Assembly (NCBI GenBank): GCA_963666735.1
Contig: OY762926.1
Span: 2,688,001-2,752,000 of the forward strand
DNA length: 64,000 bases
Direction: 5' to 3'
Source: Gemmatimonadota bacterium
GTDB lineage: Bacteria; Gemmatimonadota; Gemmatimonadetes; Palauibacterales; Palauibacteraceae
Positions 9,240-18,711 of the stretch are shown one piece after another. The position numbers and the translations under genes were made by a program. The notes below the pieces were generated by a model that was given only the letters and a program-made list of their open reading frames with translations, ran no database searches and was not told the origin of the DNA. Numbering within the stretch: position 1 is the first letter of the stretch; each line of letters opens with the position of its first letter.

Positions 9240-10960
9240 TGGAACGCAGGCTCCTTCTGGCCATAGCGCTGATGGTCGGCGTGATGATCCTCTCCAACGT
9301 GTTCTTCCCGCCGGCCGAAAGGCCGCTGGAACCGGTGTCGCCCGACCGCGTGGAGACGCCGGAAACCCCGAGCGTGGAGGACGAGGTGAGCCGTCTTTCC
9401 GCCGAGGAAAGGGCGGCCCGGGAGGTGACGGCGGCTCTGGCCGAGGCGGAGGAAACACCCGCAGTGGTGCAGGGGACGGAGGAAGCCGCTCCCGCAGCCG
9501 GGGAAAGCTCGATCGTCACGGTTCGGTCGGAACTGTACGAGTACCGGTTCGACACGCGGGGCGCGCGACTCGTGGGCGCGACGATGCTCGCGCACGAGAA
9601 CTTCGCCGAGGGTGGACACGGCGGCCGCAACGTCGAGCTGGTGCGGCCCGACGATTCGATCCTCGCCTACGCGTTGACGCTGCGTGGCGACACCGTCTCT
9701 CTTGCCGCGCTTGCGTTCACTGCGTCGACGTCCAGGCTCGAGGTGAGGGACGGACCCGCGGAACTGCGTTTCGAGACGGTCATCGGCGAGGTCACCTTCG
9801 ATGTTTCGTATCGCTTCCAACCGGACGATTACCGGATCGACGCGAGCGGCGGTCTGCGCGGAGTGGGAGACGTGGGGCACGTCGTTCTCGTAGGCCTCGG
9901 CCGCGGGATCGAGCGAAACGAGGCCGTGCCCCGGGACGACAGGGCCGCGATGTCGCTCGTCACCCGCAGCCGCTCGGGACAGATCGCGGCCGAGCGACTG
10001 GACCGCGTGGACAGCGACGAGACGAGGCCGGCCTCCGGCGCTCCCTTCAGTTGGGCCGCGTCGAAATCGAAGTACTGGCTCGCCGCCGTTGTGGCGGCCC
10101 CGGAGGGCCCGGGCATCGGCGGGGTGATGCTGCAGGGCGCGCCCGAGGAGGACGCAGCGGAGATGCACGCGGCGCTGCCGGTACCCGCGGGCAGTTCCGG
10201 CTTCGAGTACGCGGCGTACGTCGGGCCACAGGATTTCGCGCGGCTACAGGCCATGGGGCAGGAACTCCACAACGTGAACCCCGTCGGCTGGCGCTGGCTC
10301 CGGTGGTTCACCCGGCCGTTCGGGAACCTGATCGTCGGGATCCTGATCTGGATGCACGAGTCGTTCTCGCTGGCGTACGGCTGGGTTCTGATCCTGTTCG
10401 GCATAGGGTCGCGGATCATCCTGTCGCCGCTGTTCCACATCTCGGGCCGCGCGCAGATGAAGCAGATGGCGCTGCAGCCGGAGGTCGAGAAGCTGAAGGA
10501 ACGTTACAAGGGCGACCCGCAGCGACTGCAGCAGGAGCAGATGAAGCTCTTCCGGGAACACGGGGTCAACCCGCTGGGCGGCTGTCTGCCCATGTTCCTG
10601 CCTCTCCCGATCCTGATCACGCTGTTCTTCGTGTTCCAGAACACGATCGAGTTCCGGGGCGTCCCCTTCCTGTGGCTTACCGACCTGTCGCTGAGAGATC
10701 CGCTCTTCATCGTCCCGGTCCTGATGGGCGGCTCAATGCTCGGGTTGAACTGGATCACCCAGCGGGGCATACAGACGAACGCGCAGATGAAGATGATCTC
10801 CTACGTGCTGCCCGTCGTCTTCACCTTCTTCTTCGCGAACCTCGCGGCCGGGCTGAACCTGTACTACACGGCCTCCAACATCATGTCGCTCCCGCAGCAG
10901 ATGTACCTCTCCCGGGCACGAAGGAACGCACAGCCGCCGTCAGCCCGAAAGAAGGGATAG
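9239..10960 (+). CDS. yidC: Membrane protein insertase YidC
   Basis: MERRLLLAI start, periplasmic domain, NPLGGCLP, FLWLTDLS..DP, AGLNLYY. Confidence 0.95.
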   Translation: MERRLLLAIALMVGVMILSNVFFPPAERPLEPVSPDRVETPETPSVEDEVSRLSAEERAAREVTAALAEAEETPAVVQGTEEAAPAAGESSIVTVRSELYEYRFDTRGARLVGATMLAHENFAEGGHGGRNVELVRPDDSILAYALTLRGDTVSLAALAFTASTSRLEVRDGPAELRFETVIGEVTFDVSYRFQPDDYRIDASGGLRGVGDVGHVVLVGLGRGIERNEAVPRDDRAAMSLVTRSRSGQIAAERLDRVDSDETRPASGAPFSWAASKSKYWLAAVVAAPEGPGIGGVMLQGAPEEDAAEMHAALPVPAGSSGFEYAAYVGPQDFARLQAMGQELHNVNPVGWRWLRWFTRPFGNLIVGILIWMHESFSLAYGWVLILFGIGSRIILSPLFHISGRAQMKQMALQPEVEKLKERYKGDPQRLQQEQMKLFREHGVNPLGGCLPMFLPLPILITLFFVFQNTIEFRGVPFLWLTDLSLRDPLFIVPVLMGGSMLGLNWITQRGIQTNAQMKMISYVLPVVFTFFFANLAAGLNLYYTASNIMSLPQQMYLSRARRNAQPPSARKKG

Positions 10961-11007
10961 CGCCGGGGCATGCCGGAGGGGGTCGTCGCCGGGTCGTCAG
11001 CGCCTCG

Positions 11008-11859
11008 TCACCGCACGTGGGAGACGGAGAGCCCGATCAGGCGCTCGGACTGCCGGAGGAACTGCTCCGCGCGGGACGGACCGAAGCCCAGGAGCAATCC
11101 GACGCGCGTCCCCCGACCCAGCCCGGCCCCGAGTTCCGCCGCAATGGCGGGCTCCCACTCCAGTTCCGCCCAGCCGAAGTAGTCGACCGAAGCGTGGAAA
11201 CGCGCCCGCGCACCCGGCGCCGATTCCCAGACGGCGCCCGCGCGCAGCGACAGGGGCTCGAAGTCCGGGGTGGCGCGCAGCAGCACTCCCGGGCCTCCGT
11301 AGACGGTGAGGCCGGATGCCGGAGATCCCTGGAGCATGAGCTCCAGCCCCTCGCGGCTCGTGCTGATGGGACGGGCGCCCGTGTCCAGGAGGAATTCGTC
11401 TCCGAGATGCGAACTCACGTGATAGAGTTCGGCACGAGCCGCAACCTCCCCGAAACGCGCGCGGAAGAGAGCCCCGATCCGGTAATGCACTTCGATGAGG
11501 GCCTGATCCGGACCGCCGAGGTCGAAGCGGGAGAACGCACCTCCGTGAATCGCTCCCGCGTACTCCACCTCCCCGGTCGGATCGCGCCGGATCCAGAACG
11601 CGAGGCGGTCGCCGACATCGGCGAGAGCAATGCCGTCACGGAGCGAGTCACGCGTCGCGCCCAGCAGCGCGAGACGATGCACGGGCTCGAGGGGGGAGCC
11701 CGCAGGGGTGCGGAACGGGTGGCCGCTCGCGTCCCGGATGCCGCTTGCCGCACCGCGGTGCGCCTGCCCGGCAAGCGGGCGCACCGCGGCGACGGGCACG
11801 GCCAGCAGGAACAAGCCGACCGCGAGACCGCGCTGGAGCTTCAAGCGGCGCGCTGACAC
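11008..11859 (-). CDS. Secreted DUF1207-like (probable beta-barrel) protein
   Basis: Signal peptide; YHVSSHLGDEF motif; amphipathic beta strands. Confidence 0.65.
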   Translation of the reverse strand: MSARRLKLQRGLAVGLFLLAVPVAAVRPLAGQAHRGAASGIRDASGHPFRTPAGSPLEPVHRLALLGATRDSLRDGIALADVGDRLAFWIRRDPTGEVEYAGAIHGGAFSRFDLGGPDQALIEVHYRIGALFRARFGEVAARAELYHVSSHLGDEFLLDTGARPISTSREGLELMLQGSPASGLTVYGGPGVLLRATPDFEPLSLRAGAVWESAPGARARFHASVDYFGWAELEWEPAIAAELGAGLGRGTRVGLLLGFGPSRAEQFLRQSERLIGLSVSHVR

Positions 11860-12638
11860 CTCGGGCAGAGCACGGTTTTCCGGCCGGTCACGCGGACGGA
11901 CGTCAACTCATGTCGGCACCGCGGGCAGGCGCCCCCCGACGAGCGTGAGTTGATCAGCCACCCGGGATCGGAATGGGCCGCACTCCAGTGAAGTGTGGCC
12001 CGCCTCAAAACCCGCTTCAGGTAGCGGTGAAGCCGATCGAGCTGCGCAGGCTCCAGTTGGCCGACCCGACGGTCGGGGCGGACGCCGGCCTGGAAGCAGA
12101 TTTCGTCCGCGTAGTCGTTGCCGATCCCCGCAATCGCTTTCTGGTTCAGGAGAAAGCCCTTGACGCTGGCGCGGGCATTCCCCTCCGCAAGCGCCTCGAA
12201 GCGCGCAAGCGTCAGGTCGTCGCTCAGCGGGTCTACCCCCAAGCTCTGGAGCGTCCCCTTCTCGTTGAATTCGCTTCCCGCTACGGCCTGGACCGTCCCC
12301 TGCGAGCCGGATGACGAAAAGCGGAGTTCTCTGCCGGCCGCAAACTGGAAGCGGATCCGCGTCCGATCGGTGGGAGGAGCCGTCTGGGATTCGAGGCGCA
12401 AGAGACCGTCATCCCCCATGTCGAACATGAGGCTGTAGTCCGAACGGAAGCGGAGGACGACGTAGCGACCGTGGCGTTCAACGGAGTCTACGGCGTGGTT
12501 CTCAAGGTGATTCTCGACGATATCGCGCTCGATCGAGGCGACATCCGGATCGTCGATCCGGATTATGGAGATCGTCTTGCCGGTCGTGTAACCGGCAATG
12601 CGCTCGATCATTCTCTCAACATCGGGAAGTTCTATCAT
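11841..12638 (-). CDS. Fpg/Nei-family DNA glycosylase-like protein with atypical N-terminus (MIELPDV)
   Basis: ELPDVE, LGVDPL, H2TH LLNQKAIAGIGNDYADEI, C-terminal zinc finger CPRC...CPRCQ. Confidence 0.85.
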   Translation of the reverse strand: MIELPDVERMIERIAGYTTGKTISIIRIDDPDVASIERDIVENHLENHAVDSVERHGRYVVLRFRSDYSLMFDMGDDGLLRLESQTAPPTDRTRIRFQFAAGRELRFSSSGSQGTVQAVAGSEFNEKGTLQSLGVDPLSDDLTLARFEALAEGNARASVKGFLLNQKAIAGIGNDYADEICFQAGVRPDRRVGQLEPAQLDRLHRYLKRVLRRATLHWSAAHSDPGWLINSRSSGGACPRCRHELTSVRVTGRKTVLCPRCQRAA

Positions 12639-12852
12639 TGCATCACGGCTCCGGTAGGCAAGACTGAGTGCAGATAGCCGTACCCCCGTACGGAAGAAAA
12701 GTGCCCCGTGCTTCACGAGAGGCCGAGCAACGAGTATCGCCATCGGGTCTCAACGCCGTGTCAACGCTGCCGCGAAACTCCGGGCGTCCGGAGTTTCGGT
12801 AATGTCCATAACCGTAGGTACAATAACGGGTTATGGTACTTGCGATGCGCGA

Positions 12853-13590
12853 TTAGGGGACCCGTCGAAACCAGGCGGATATTCTCTCCTGAACCGACGC
12901 CGCGGCCCGTGCGGGATCCGCAGCGTTTCGGATGGGTCGGCCCATGACGATGTAGTCGGCCCCGGCCTCGAACGCGGTCTCCACATCCACGGTGCGTTTC
13001 TGGTCATCGGCGCCGGCTTCCGTCGCCGCGCGGATGCCCGGGACGACGATGCGAAACGGATGGGACACCGCCGCGCGAATTGGAGCCGCCTCATGACCGG
13101 AACTGATGACACCGGCGCAGCCGACACTCTCCGCCCGACGGGCGCGCGAGAGGACGACGGCCCCAATGTCGGCTTCAAAGCCCAGGTCCTCCATGTCCGC
13201 CCGGTCGAGACTCGTGAGAACGGTCACCGCCAGGATTCCGAGGTCGCCGTCCGCGGCGTCGCAGGCCGCACGCAGGATTGCATCGTTGCCGTGCACGGTG
13301 ACGAAATCCACGTCCCGGGTTCGCAGCTGTCGGACAGCGGAGCGGACCGTCTGGGGAACATCGAAGAGTTTGAGGTCGGCAAACACTCTCTTGTCCCTGG
13401 AGCGAAGCCAGTCGGCCAGCTCGAAGTACCCGCCGGAAAGGAAGAGCTCCAAGCCGATCTTGTAGAAGGAAACGGTGTCGGCCAGCGAATCGACGATCTC
13501 ACGCGCCTCCGAGGCAGTGGGAACATCGAGCGCGAGGATCAAGCGGTCGGTCGCGGGGATGGTTGTGGAGATGTCGGCCTCCCGAAACAA
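12853..13590 (-). CDS. pyrF: Orotidine-5'-phosphate decarboxylase
   Basis: LILALD, YKIGLEL, FADLKLFDVPQTV, VPGIR, DDQKR, VMGRPI. Confidence 0.95.
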   Translation of the reverse strand: MFREADISTTIPATDRLILALDVPTASEAREIVDSLADTVSFYKIGLELFLSGGYFELADWLRSRDKRVFADLKLFDVPQTVRSAVRQLRTRDVDFVTVHGNDAILRAACDAADGDLGILAVTVLTSLDRADMEDLGFEADIGAVVLSRARRAESVGCAGVISSGHEAAPIRAAVSHPFRIVVPGIRAATEAGADDQKRTVDVETAFEAGADYIVMGRPIRNAADPARAAASVQERISAWFRRVP

Positions 13591-13703
13591 GTTGCCGCGG
13601 TGGTGGTTGCCGGTGGAGCCAAAGAGCCAACCAGGGCGAGTGGAGGACGAAGCTCTTTCTCGGCGTGCATGCCTGCAAGGGGCCGACGCCGATGTCGAGT
13701 CAT

Positions 13704-13719
13704 GGTTTCACGTGAAACA
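13704..13719. promoter_or_regulatory. parS: parS centromere-like site
   Basis: GGTTTCACGTGAAACA, 15/16 match to TGTTTCACGTGAAACA, about 200 bp upstream of parA. Confidence 0.9.
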
Positions 13720-13920
13720 TGTCCCCGGGCCTGATTCCCGGTCGCCCGGGTTGCGAGAGCGCCGTATATTGGATTTCTCATGGGAGATGACGTTCCGTAG
13801 CGCGATGACCCCACTCCCCGCGCTCGATCGTCATGGCACTAATTCGTTACGAAGTATACGCTTACAAGTGCATGTCGGTTCACATCGCCACGTGCGGCGA
13901 TCAGCAGGGGGCGGATTGAT

Positions 13921-14694
13921 TTGGGTCGGGTGATCGCGATTGCAAATCAGAAGGGTGGGGTCGGCAAGACCACCACGGCGATCAACCTCGGCGCCTCGCT
14001 GGCGATCGCGGAGCGCAGCACGCTCGTCATCGATTGCGATCCGCAGGGGAACGCGACGTCCGGGTTCGGACTGCGCAAGGATGGGGATGTCCCCAGCGTG
14101 TACGACTGCCTCGTAAACGGACAGCCGCTTCAGGCTGCGGTGCGGCCGGAAGTCCACTTCCCGTGCCTGTCCGTGGTGTCCGCGAGCCGGGACCTGACCG
14201 GTGCCGAAGTGGAGCTGATCGACCGGTCGGATCGCCAGCGAATCCTCGGCCGGAAGATCGAAGCGCTGCGGGATGACTTCGAATACATCCTGATCGACTC
14301 ACCGCCGTCCCTCGGACTCCTCACGCTGAACGCGCTGGCCGCCGCGGACGCCGTGCTCATCCCGATTCAGTGCGAGTTCTACGCGCTGGAAGGGCTCAGC
14401 CAGCTCCTGAACACCGTGCGGCTGGTGCAACGCAGCATCAACCCCGAACTCGAGATCGAAGGGGTGCTGCTGACGATGTACGATTCGCGCCTCAACCTCG
14501 CCAAACAGGTCGCCGCCGAGGCGCGCGAGTACTTCGGGGGCAAGGTCTTCGACACCATGATCCCGAGGAACATTCGGCTCGCCGAGGCCCCGAGTTTCGG
14601 AGAGCCGATCGCCCTGTACGACGTCCTGTCGAGTGGGGCCCGGGGATACCTGAGTCTGGCCCGGGAACTGATCGATCGGCACAGGAGTTCGTAG
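13921..14694 (+). CDS. parA: Chromosome partitioning ATPase ParA/Soj
   Basis: NQKGGVGKTTT, DPQGNATS, DSPPSLG, QCEFYALEG, PRNIRLAEAPS. Confidence 0.97.
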   Translation: MGRVIAIANQKGGVGKTTTAINLGASLAIAERSTLVIDCDPQGNATSGFGLRKDGDVPSVYDCLVNGQPLQAAVRPEVHFPCLSVVSASRDLTGAEVELIDRSDRQRILGRKIEALRDDFEYILIDSPPSLGLLTLNALAAADAVLIPIQCEFYALEGLSQLLNTVRLVQRSINPELEIEGVLLTMYDSRLNLAKQVAAEAREYFGGKVFDTMIPRNIRLAEAPSFGEPIALYDVLSSGARGYLSLARELIDRHRSS

Positions 14695-14695
14695 G

Positions 14696-15592
14696 TTGGC
14701 CAGGAACGAACGCCGGCTGGGCAAGGGCCTTGCGGCCCTGTTGAGCGAAAACCTCGGAGCGGAGCGCGTCGCGGGGGAAGCGGAAATTCCCGTGGAGGCC
14801 ATCCAGGCGAATCCGTTCCAGCCTCGCGGCGACTTCGATCCGGCCCGCCTCGCGGAACTCGCGGACTCCATCCGCGAAAACGGTCTGCTGCAGCCGGTCG
14901 TCGTCAGGCCCGTGGGGGAAGCGTTCGAGATCGTCGTGGGCGAGCGACGATTCCGGGCGGTTCAGAGTCTTGGATGGACCTCGATTCCGGCCCTGGTTCG
15001 GACGCTGGACGATGAGCAAATGCTTGTGGTCGCTCTCGTCGAAAACCTGCAACGTCATGACCTGTCAGCACTTGAAGAAGCTCATGGGTATCGTCGACTG
15101 ATGGAGGACTTCGGTCTGACGCAGGAGGAAGTGGGGCGGCACGTGGGGCGGGACAGGTCGACCGTGTCGAACGCTCTTCGACTGCTCGCCCTGCCGGAGG
15201 CGGTGCTGGGTTTGCTCGCGAATGGGCAACTCTCCGCGGGTCACGGCCGCGCCCTCCTGACGTTGTCCACACCGGAAGAGCAAGCCCGGGTCGCGCTGGC
15301 AGCGGTGGAGCAGGGGTGGTCGGTACGGGAGACGGAACGTCGTGTGCGCCAGGGCCGCCCGGCGCGACGGGGGCGGAGGAAGATCGGGAAGAAAGGGCCG
15401 GCGGGGTCGGGCGATCCCTTTGTGAGACGGGCCGAACTGGGGCTGGAGCGGGGCTTCGGAACCCAGGTGCGGATCCGGACGCGACCGGATGGGGCCGGCG
15501 AAGTTGTCGTGCGTTTCCACGATACGGATGATTTTCTGCGGCTCGTCGCCTTGATGGGCGGGGACGAACTCGCGGCGGAGCTTCGTGAATGA
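14696..15592 (+). CDS. parB: Chromosome partitioning protein ParB/Spo0J
   Basis: LGKGLAAL, NPFQPR, GERRFRA, ENLQR, RSTVSNALRLL. Confidence 0.97.
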   Translation: MARNERRLGKGLAALLSENLGAERVAGEAEIPVEAIQANPFQPRGDFDPARLAELADSIRENGLLQPVVVRPVGEAFEIVVGERRFRAVQSLGWTSIPALVRTLDDEQMLVVALVENLQRHDLSALEEAHGYRRLMEDFGLTQEEVGRHVGRDRSTVSNALRLLALPEAVLGLLANGQLSAGHGRALLTLSTPEEQARVALAAVEQGWSVRETERRVRQGRPARRGRRKIGKKGPAGSGDPFVRRAELGLERGFGTQVRIRTRPDGAGEVVVRFHDTDDFLRLVALMGGDELAAELRE

Positions 15593-16401
15593 CCGTTTTC
15601 CGGCGATGGACGCTGCAGTTGGTCCGGCGGGATGGCCGGCGGGTGCGGTCTCTGTCGCTCGGCCGCGCGCGGCTGCTTCTCTCGGTGGCGGGCACGATCA
15701 TCGGCCTGGCAGGCCTGGGGTTTCTGGGAGGTTTCCTGACGGCTTCGCGGGCCGAGTCCAGGCGGGTCCTCGAACTGGAGGCGGAAGTCGCGACGCTCGA
15801 GAGCGAGCGCGAACGGACGAACCGGTTGGCGGTCCGTTTGAACGAACTCGAGGAAGAGTTCGGTCTCCTGCAGGATGCGGTAACCGCGGGACGCCCCGCC
15901 GAATCCCCTGCGGTGAACGTCGTCCTCGGGAGAGGTATCGAAGTGAGGTCGCGGACCTCGGCCGAGGCGGCGACCCCCGCCTGGCCCCTCACGCAGCGCG
16001 GCTTCATCACCCGGCATTTCGGCTCACGGCCTGCCGATTCACGCGAAGGCCACACGGGGTTGGACATTGCGGTATCGACGGGCTCGTACGTGCGGGCGAT
16101 TCAGGCGGGACGGGTCGAGGAGGCGGGCGAAGACCCGATCTACGGAAAATTCCTGCGGATTGCGCACGCCGACGGGCTAACGTCATTGTATGGCCACAAC
16201 GCTTGGCTGTTCGCCGCGGCCGGGGACGCAGTGGAGCGGCTCGAGGTTATCGCCCTCACGGGGAACACGGGAAGATCCTCGGCCCCTCATCTGCACTTGG
16301 AACTGGCCCGGAACGGCGTACTATTGGACCCGCTCTCGCTGGTGGCGGACCACAGCGGTCGCGACAACACCGGGGCCCCGGCGGTGAGGCAACCGGAATA
16401 A
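15589..16401 (+). CDS. Membrane-anchored M23 metallopeptidase with coiled coil
   Basis: N-terminal TM, coiled coil, HTGLD (HxxxD) and PHLH (HxH) zinc motifs. Confidence 0.9.
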   Translation: MTVFRRWTLQLVRRDGRRVRSLSLGRARLLLSVAGTIIGLAGLGFLGGFLTASRAESRRVLELEAEVATLESERERTNRLAVRLNELEEEFGLLQDAVTAGRPAESPAVNVVLGRGIEVRSRTSAEAATPAWPLTQRGFITRHFGSRPADSREGHTGLDIAVSTGSYVRAIQAGRVEEAGEDPIYGKFLRIAHADGLTSLYGHNAWLFAAAGDAVERLEVIALTGNTGRSSAPHLHLELARNGVLLDPLSLVADHSGRDNTGAPAVRQPE

Positions 16402-16413
16402 GGATTGGAGCAA

Positions 16414-16848
16414 ATGGCTAGAGATTCTCGACATGGCGGGCACACCCGTGAGCTGAGCGACGTCGTTTCGGTCATCGCGCCCGGAATGACGATCCTCGGG
16501 GACGTAAAGTGCGATGGTACGGTCCGGGTCGAAGGCAAGATCGAAGGGTCGATCAAGGCAACGAAGTCCGTTGTCGTCGGCAAGGGCGGACGTATTACCG
16601 GGGATATCGAGACGCAGGACGTCGTGGTCGCCGGCACCGTGGTGGGCACCGTGGTGGGAGCCAGCCGCGTGGAATTACAGGAAACCTGCAAGATCGAGGG
16701 TGACATCCGGAGCCGCCGGGTGAAGCTCGAGGAGGGTGGCCAGATCGAGGGTCGTCTCCAGATGACGGTCAAGGCAGCTGACAAGAAGCCGACTGCCGCT
16801 CCATCGATCCAGCCGAAGAAGCCTCAACACTCGGCCGGGCGCAGCTGA
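16414..16848 (+). CDS. Bactofilin (polymer-forming cytoskeletal protein)
   Basis: Beta-helix repeats SVIAPGMTILGDV, VEGKIEGSI, GRITGDI, IEGDI. Confidence 0.92.
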   Translation: MARDSRHGGHTRELSDVVSVIAPGMTILGDVKCDGTVRVEGKIEGSIKATKSVVVGKGGRITGDIETQDVVVAGTVVGTVVGASRVELQETCKIEGDIRSRRVKLEEGGQIEGRLQMTVKAADKKPTAAPSIQPKKPQHSAGRS

Positions 16849-16934
16849 AGCGAGGCTTCCACCCGGCCTCCCGACCGCCGGGGTCGCGCCGAACCGGGGC
16901 GGGCGATCCGGTTGACGGAATTCCGTAATCGCGG

Positions 16935-17930
16935 ATGAGGGACACCCTCCTCTTCGCCTTCGCGCTCCTGCCCCTCACACTCGGCGCGGACTGGCTCGTC
17001 CGCGGCGCCTCCGGCCTGGCGCAGAGATTCGGCGTCAGCCCGCTCGTCGTGGGCCTTACCGTGGTCGCTTTCGGCACCTCGGCCCCGGAGTTGGTCGTCA
17101 GCGCAATTGCATCGCTGGAGGGTCAACCGGACGTAGCCGTCGGCAACATAATGGGCTCCACGGCGGCGAACGTAGGCTTGATCGTGGGGGTCGGCGCCCT
17201 GATTCGGCCGATCGAGGTCCACCGTCGCGTCATCGTGCGCGAGACGCCGCTCGTCATCATCGTACTCTCTCTCGTGATGGTGCTGTCCCTAAACGATGCC
17301 GTCGGGCGCCTGGACGGATTCGTGCTCGTATCCGGATGGGCGCTCTACCTGTTCTTCCTCCTGAGGTGGGAACGAGTAGGCCTGTTCGGGAAGGCAGGTC
17401 GCGCGCAGGATTCGGGCGATCCGGACCCGTCTCCGCCGGGTGGCGGCGCCGACCCCGAAGCGGCCGCCGCGGCGGCGCCGGGAGTCTGGTGGTTGCTCGT
17501 ACGGATCGGCCTCGGCCTGACCTGCCTCACCTACGGCGCGACCTGGCTGCTGGAGGGCGCGGAGGGAATCGCCAGGTCGCTGGCCGTCCCGGAGGCGGTG
17601 ATCGCCGCCACCATGATCGCGGTCGGCACTTCTCTTCCGGAATTGGCTTCCACGCTGGTCGCCGCCTTCCGGCGAATGGAAGACATTGCGATCGGAAACG
17701 TGATTGGCTCGAACGTGTTCAATCTCGGCCTCGTGCTCGGGACCGCCGCGCTCGTCCGCCCGCTCGTACTCCATCCAAGCATTGTGGTCGGCTACGTGCT
17801 TCCGGCCCTCGCCTTCTCCGTTATCCTCATCCCCCTCGCGCTGCACCGGGGAACGGTGCAGAGGTGGGAGGGCGGACTGCTCCTGCTCCTGTACCTCGCC
17901 TACATCGTGCTCGTCTGGTTGTTCAACTGA
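16935..17930 (+). CDS. Calcium/sodium antiporter (YrbG-like)
   Basis: Two alpha repeats GTSAPEL and GTSLPEL; GNVIGSNVFN. Confidence 0.92.
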   Translation: MRDTLLFAFALLPLTLGADWLVRGASGLAQRFGVSPLVVGLTVVAFGTSAPELVVSAIASLEGQPDVAVGNIMGSTAANVGLIVGVGALIRPIEVHRRVIVRETPLVIIVLSLVMVLSLNDAVGRLDGFVLVSGWALYLFFLLRWERVGLFGKAGRAQDSGDPDPSPPGGGADPEAAAAAAPGVWWLLVRIGLGLTCLTYGATWLLEGAEGIARSLAVPEAVIAATMIAVGTSLPELASTLVAAFRRMEDIAIGNVIGSNVFNLGLVLGTAALVRPLVLHPSIVVGYVLPALAFSVILIPLALHRGTVQRWEGGLLLLLYLAYIVLVWLFN

Positions 17931-18003
17931 CCTGAAACGTCCCCCCAGGTCCGCTTTGGGCATCCGGTTGCCAAGCGACACCGTAAAGGGCTAGCGTTGC
18001 CGC

Positions 18004-18228
18004 ATGGTCGTCTCGGTAAAGATGAGCAGCAAGAACCAGATCGTGGTTCCGAAAGCCGCCAGAGAAGCGCTGGACCTGGCGCCCGGCGACCGGCTCGCGG
18101 TGTCCGTGGACGGGGACACCGTAAGGATGGAAAAGCTGCCGCCGGACCGGGAGGATCGCCTGCGGGGCATGCTTCGGGATGTGGTGGTGGACGCCGGAGA
18201 CCTCTGGCCCGAACTCGAGGAGGCCTGA
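18004..18228 (+). CDS. AbrB/MazE/SpoVT-family DNA-binding protein (antitoxin-like)
   Basis: KMSSKNQIVVPKAAREALDLAPGDRL. Confidence 0.88.
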   Translation: MVVSVKMSSKNQIVVPKAAREALDLAPGDRLAVSVDGDTVRMEKLPPDREDRLRGMLRDVVVDAGDLWPELEEA

Positions 18229-18699
18229 ATGGCGGACGCCCCGAACCACGCCGGCCTCGAGGAACGCCTGACCCGGGCCGCGCTGGTTCACGTCGACGCT
18301 CGCGTGTTCGCACTTCACCTGATCGGCCGAGGTCCGACGAGACAGACGAGACAAACGGATCTCGCCTTCTCGGGCATTGCGAGCGGCAGCATCAGGGCCC
18401 AGACGTCGAGCCTGACGCTGTACCAGATCCTCGTGGAAGTGTATCGGCAGGGAAGACCGGCATCGGCTCGCGATGTGGCGCGGAACGTGCGGCTCTACCC
18501 TCGGTTGGACATCGTCGAGGCCAGCGCCGAGATCGCCGTTCAGGCCGCCGAAGTGCGCGCGCGGCTTGGCGGTCGGCCGGAACGAGCCCTGCAGATTGCA
18601 ACGGCGCTCGTTGCGGGCGCCGAGGTGTACCTCACATCAGGTTCGGGACTCCGCCGGATTGCCGGAATGCACGTATTGAACGTCGAAGATTTCGGCTAG
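18229..18699 (+). CDS. PIN-domain (VapC-like) protein, degenerate active site
   Basis: VHVD, AAEVRAR, ALQIATAL, YLT; directly abuts the AbrB gene. Confidence 0.75.
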   Translation: MADAPNHAGLEERLTRAALVHVDARVFALHLIGRGPTRQTRQTDLAFSGIASGSIRAQTSSLTLYQILVEVYRQGRPASARDVARNVRLYPRLDIVEASAEIAVQAAEVRARLGGRPERALQIATALVAGAEVYLTSGSGLRRIAGMHVLNVEDFG

Positions 18700-18711
18700 C
18701 ACGACACTAGC

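Noticed and set aside
12805..12838. dif site
   Set aside because: Arm spacing does not fit the 11-6-11 XerC/XerD layout, and the site is next to oriC rather than the terminus.
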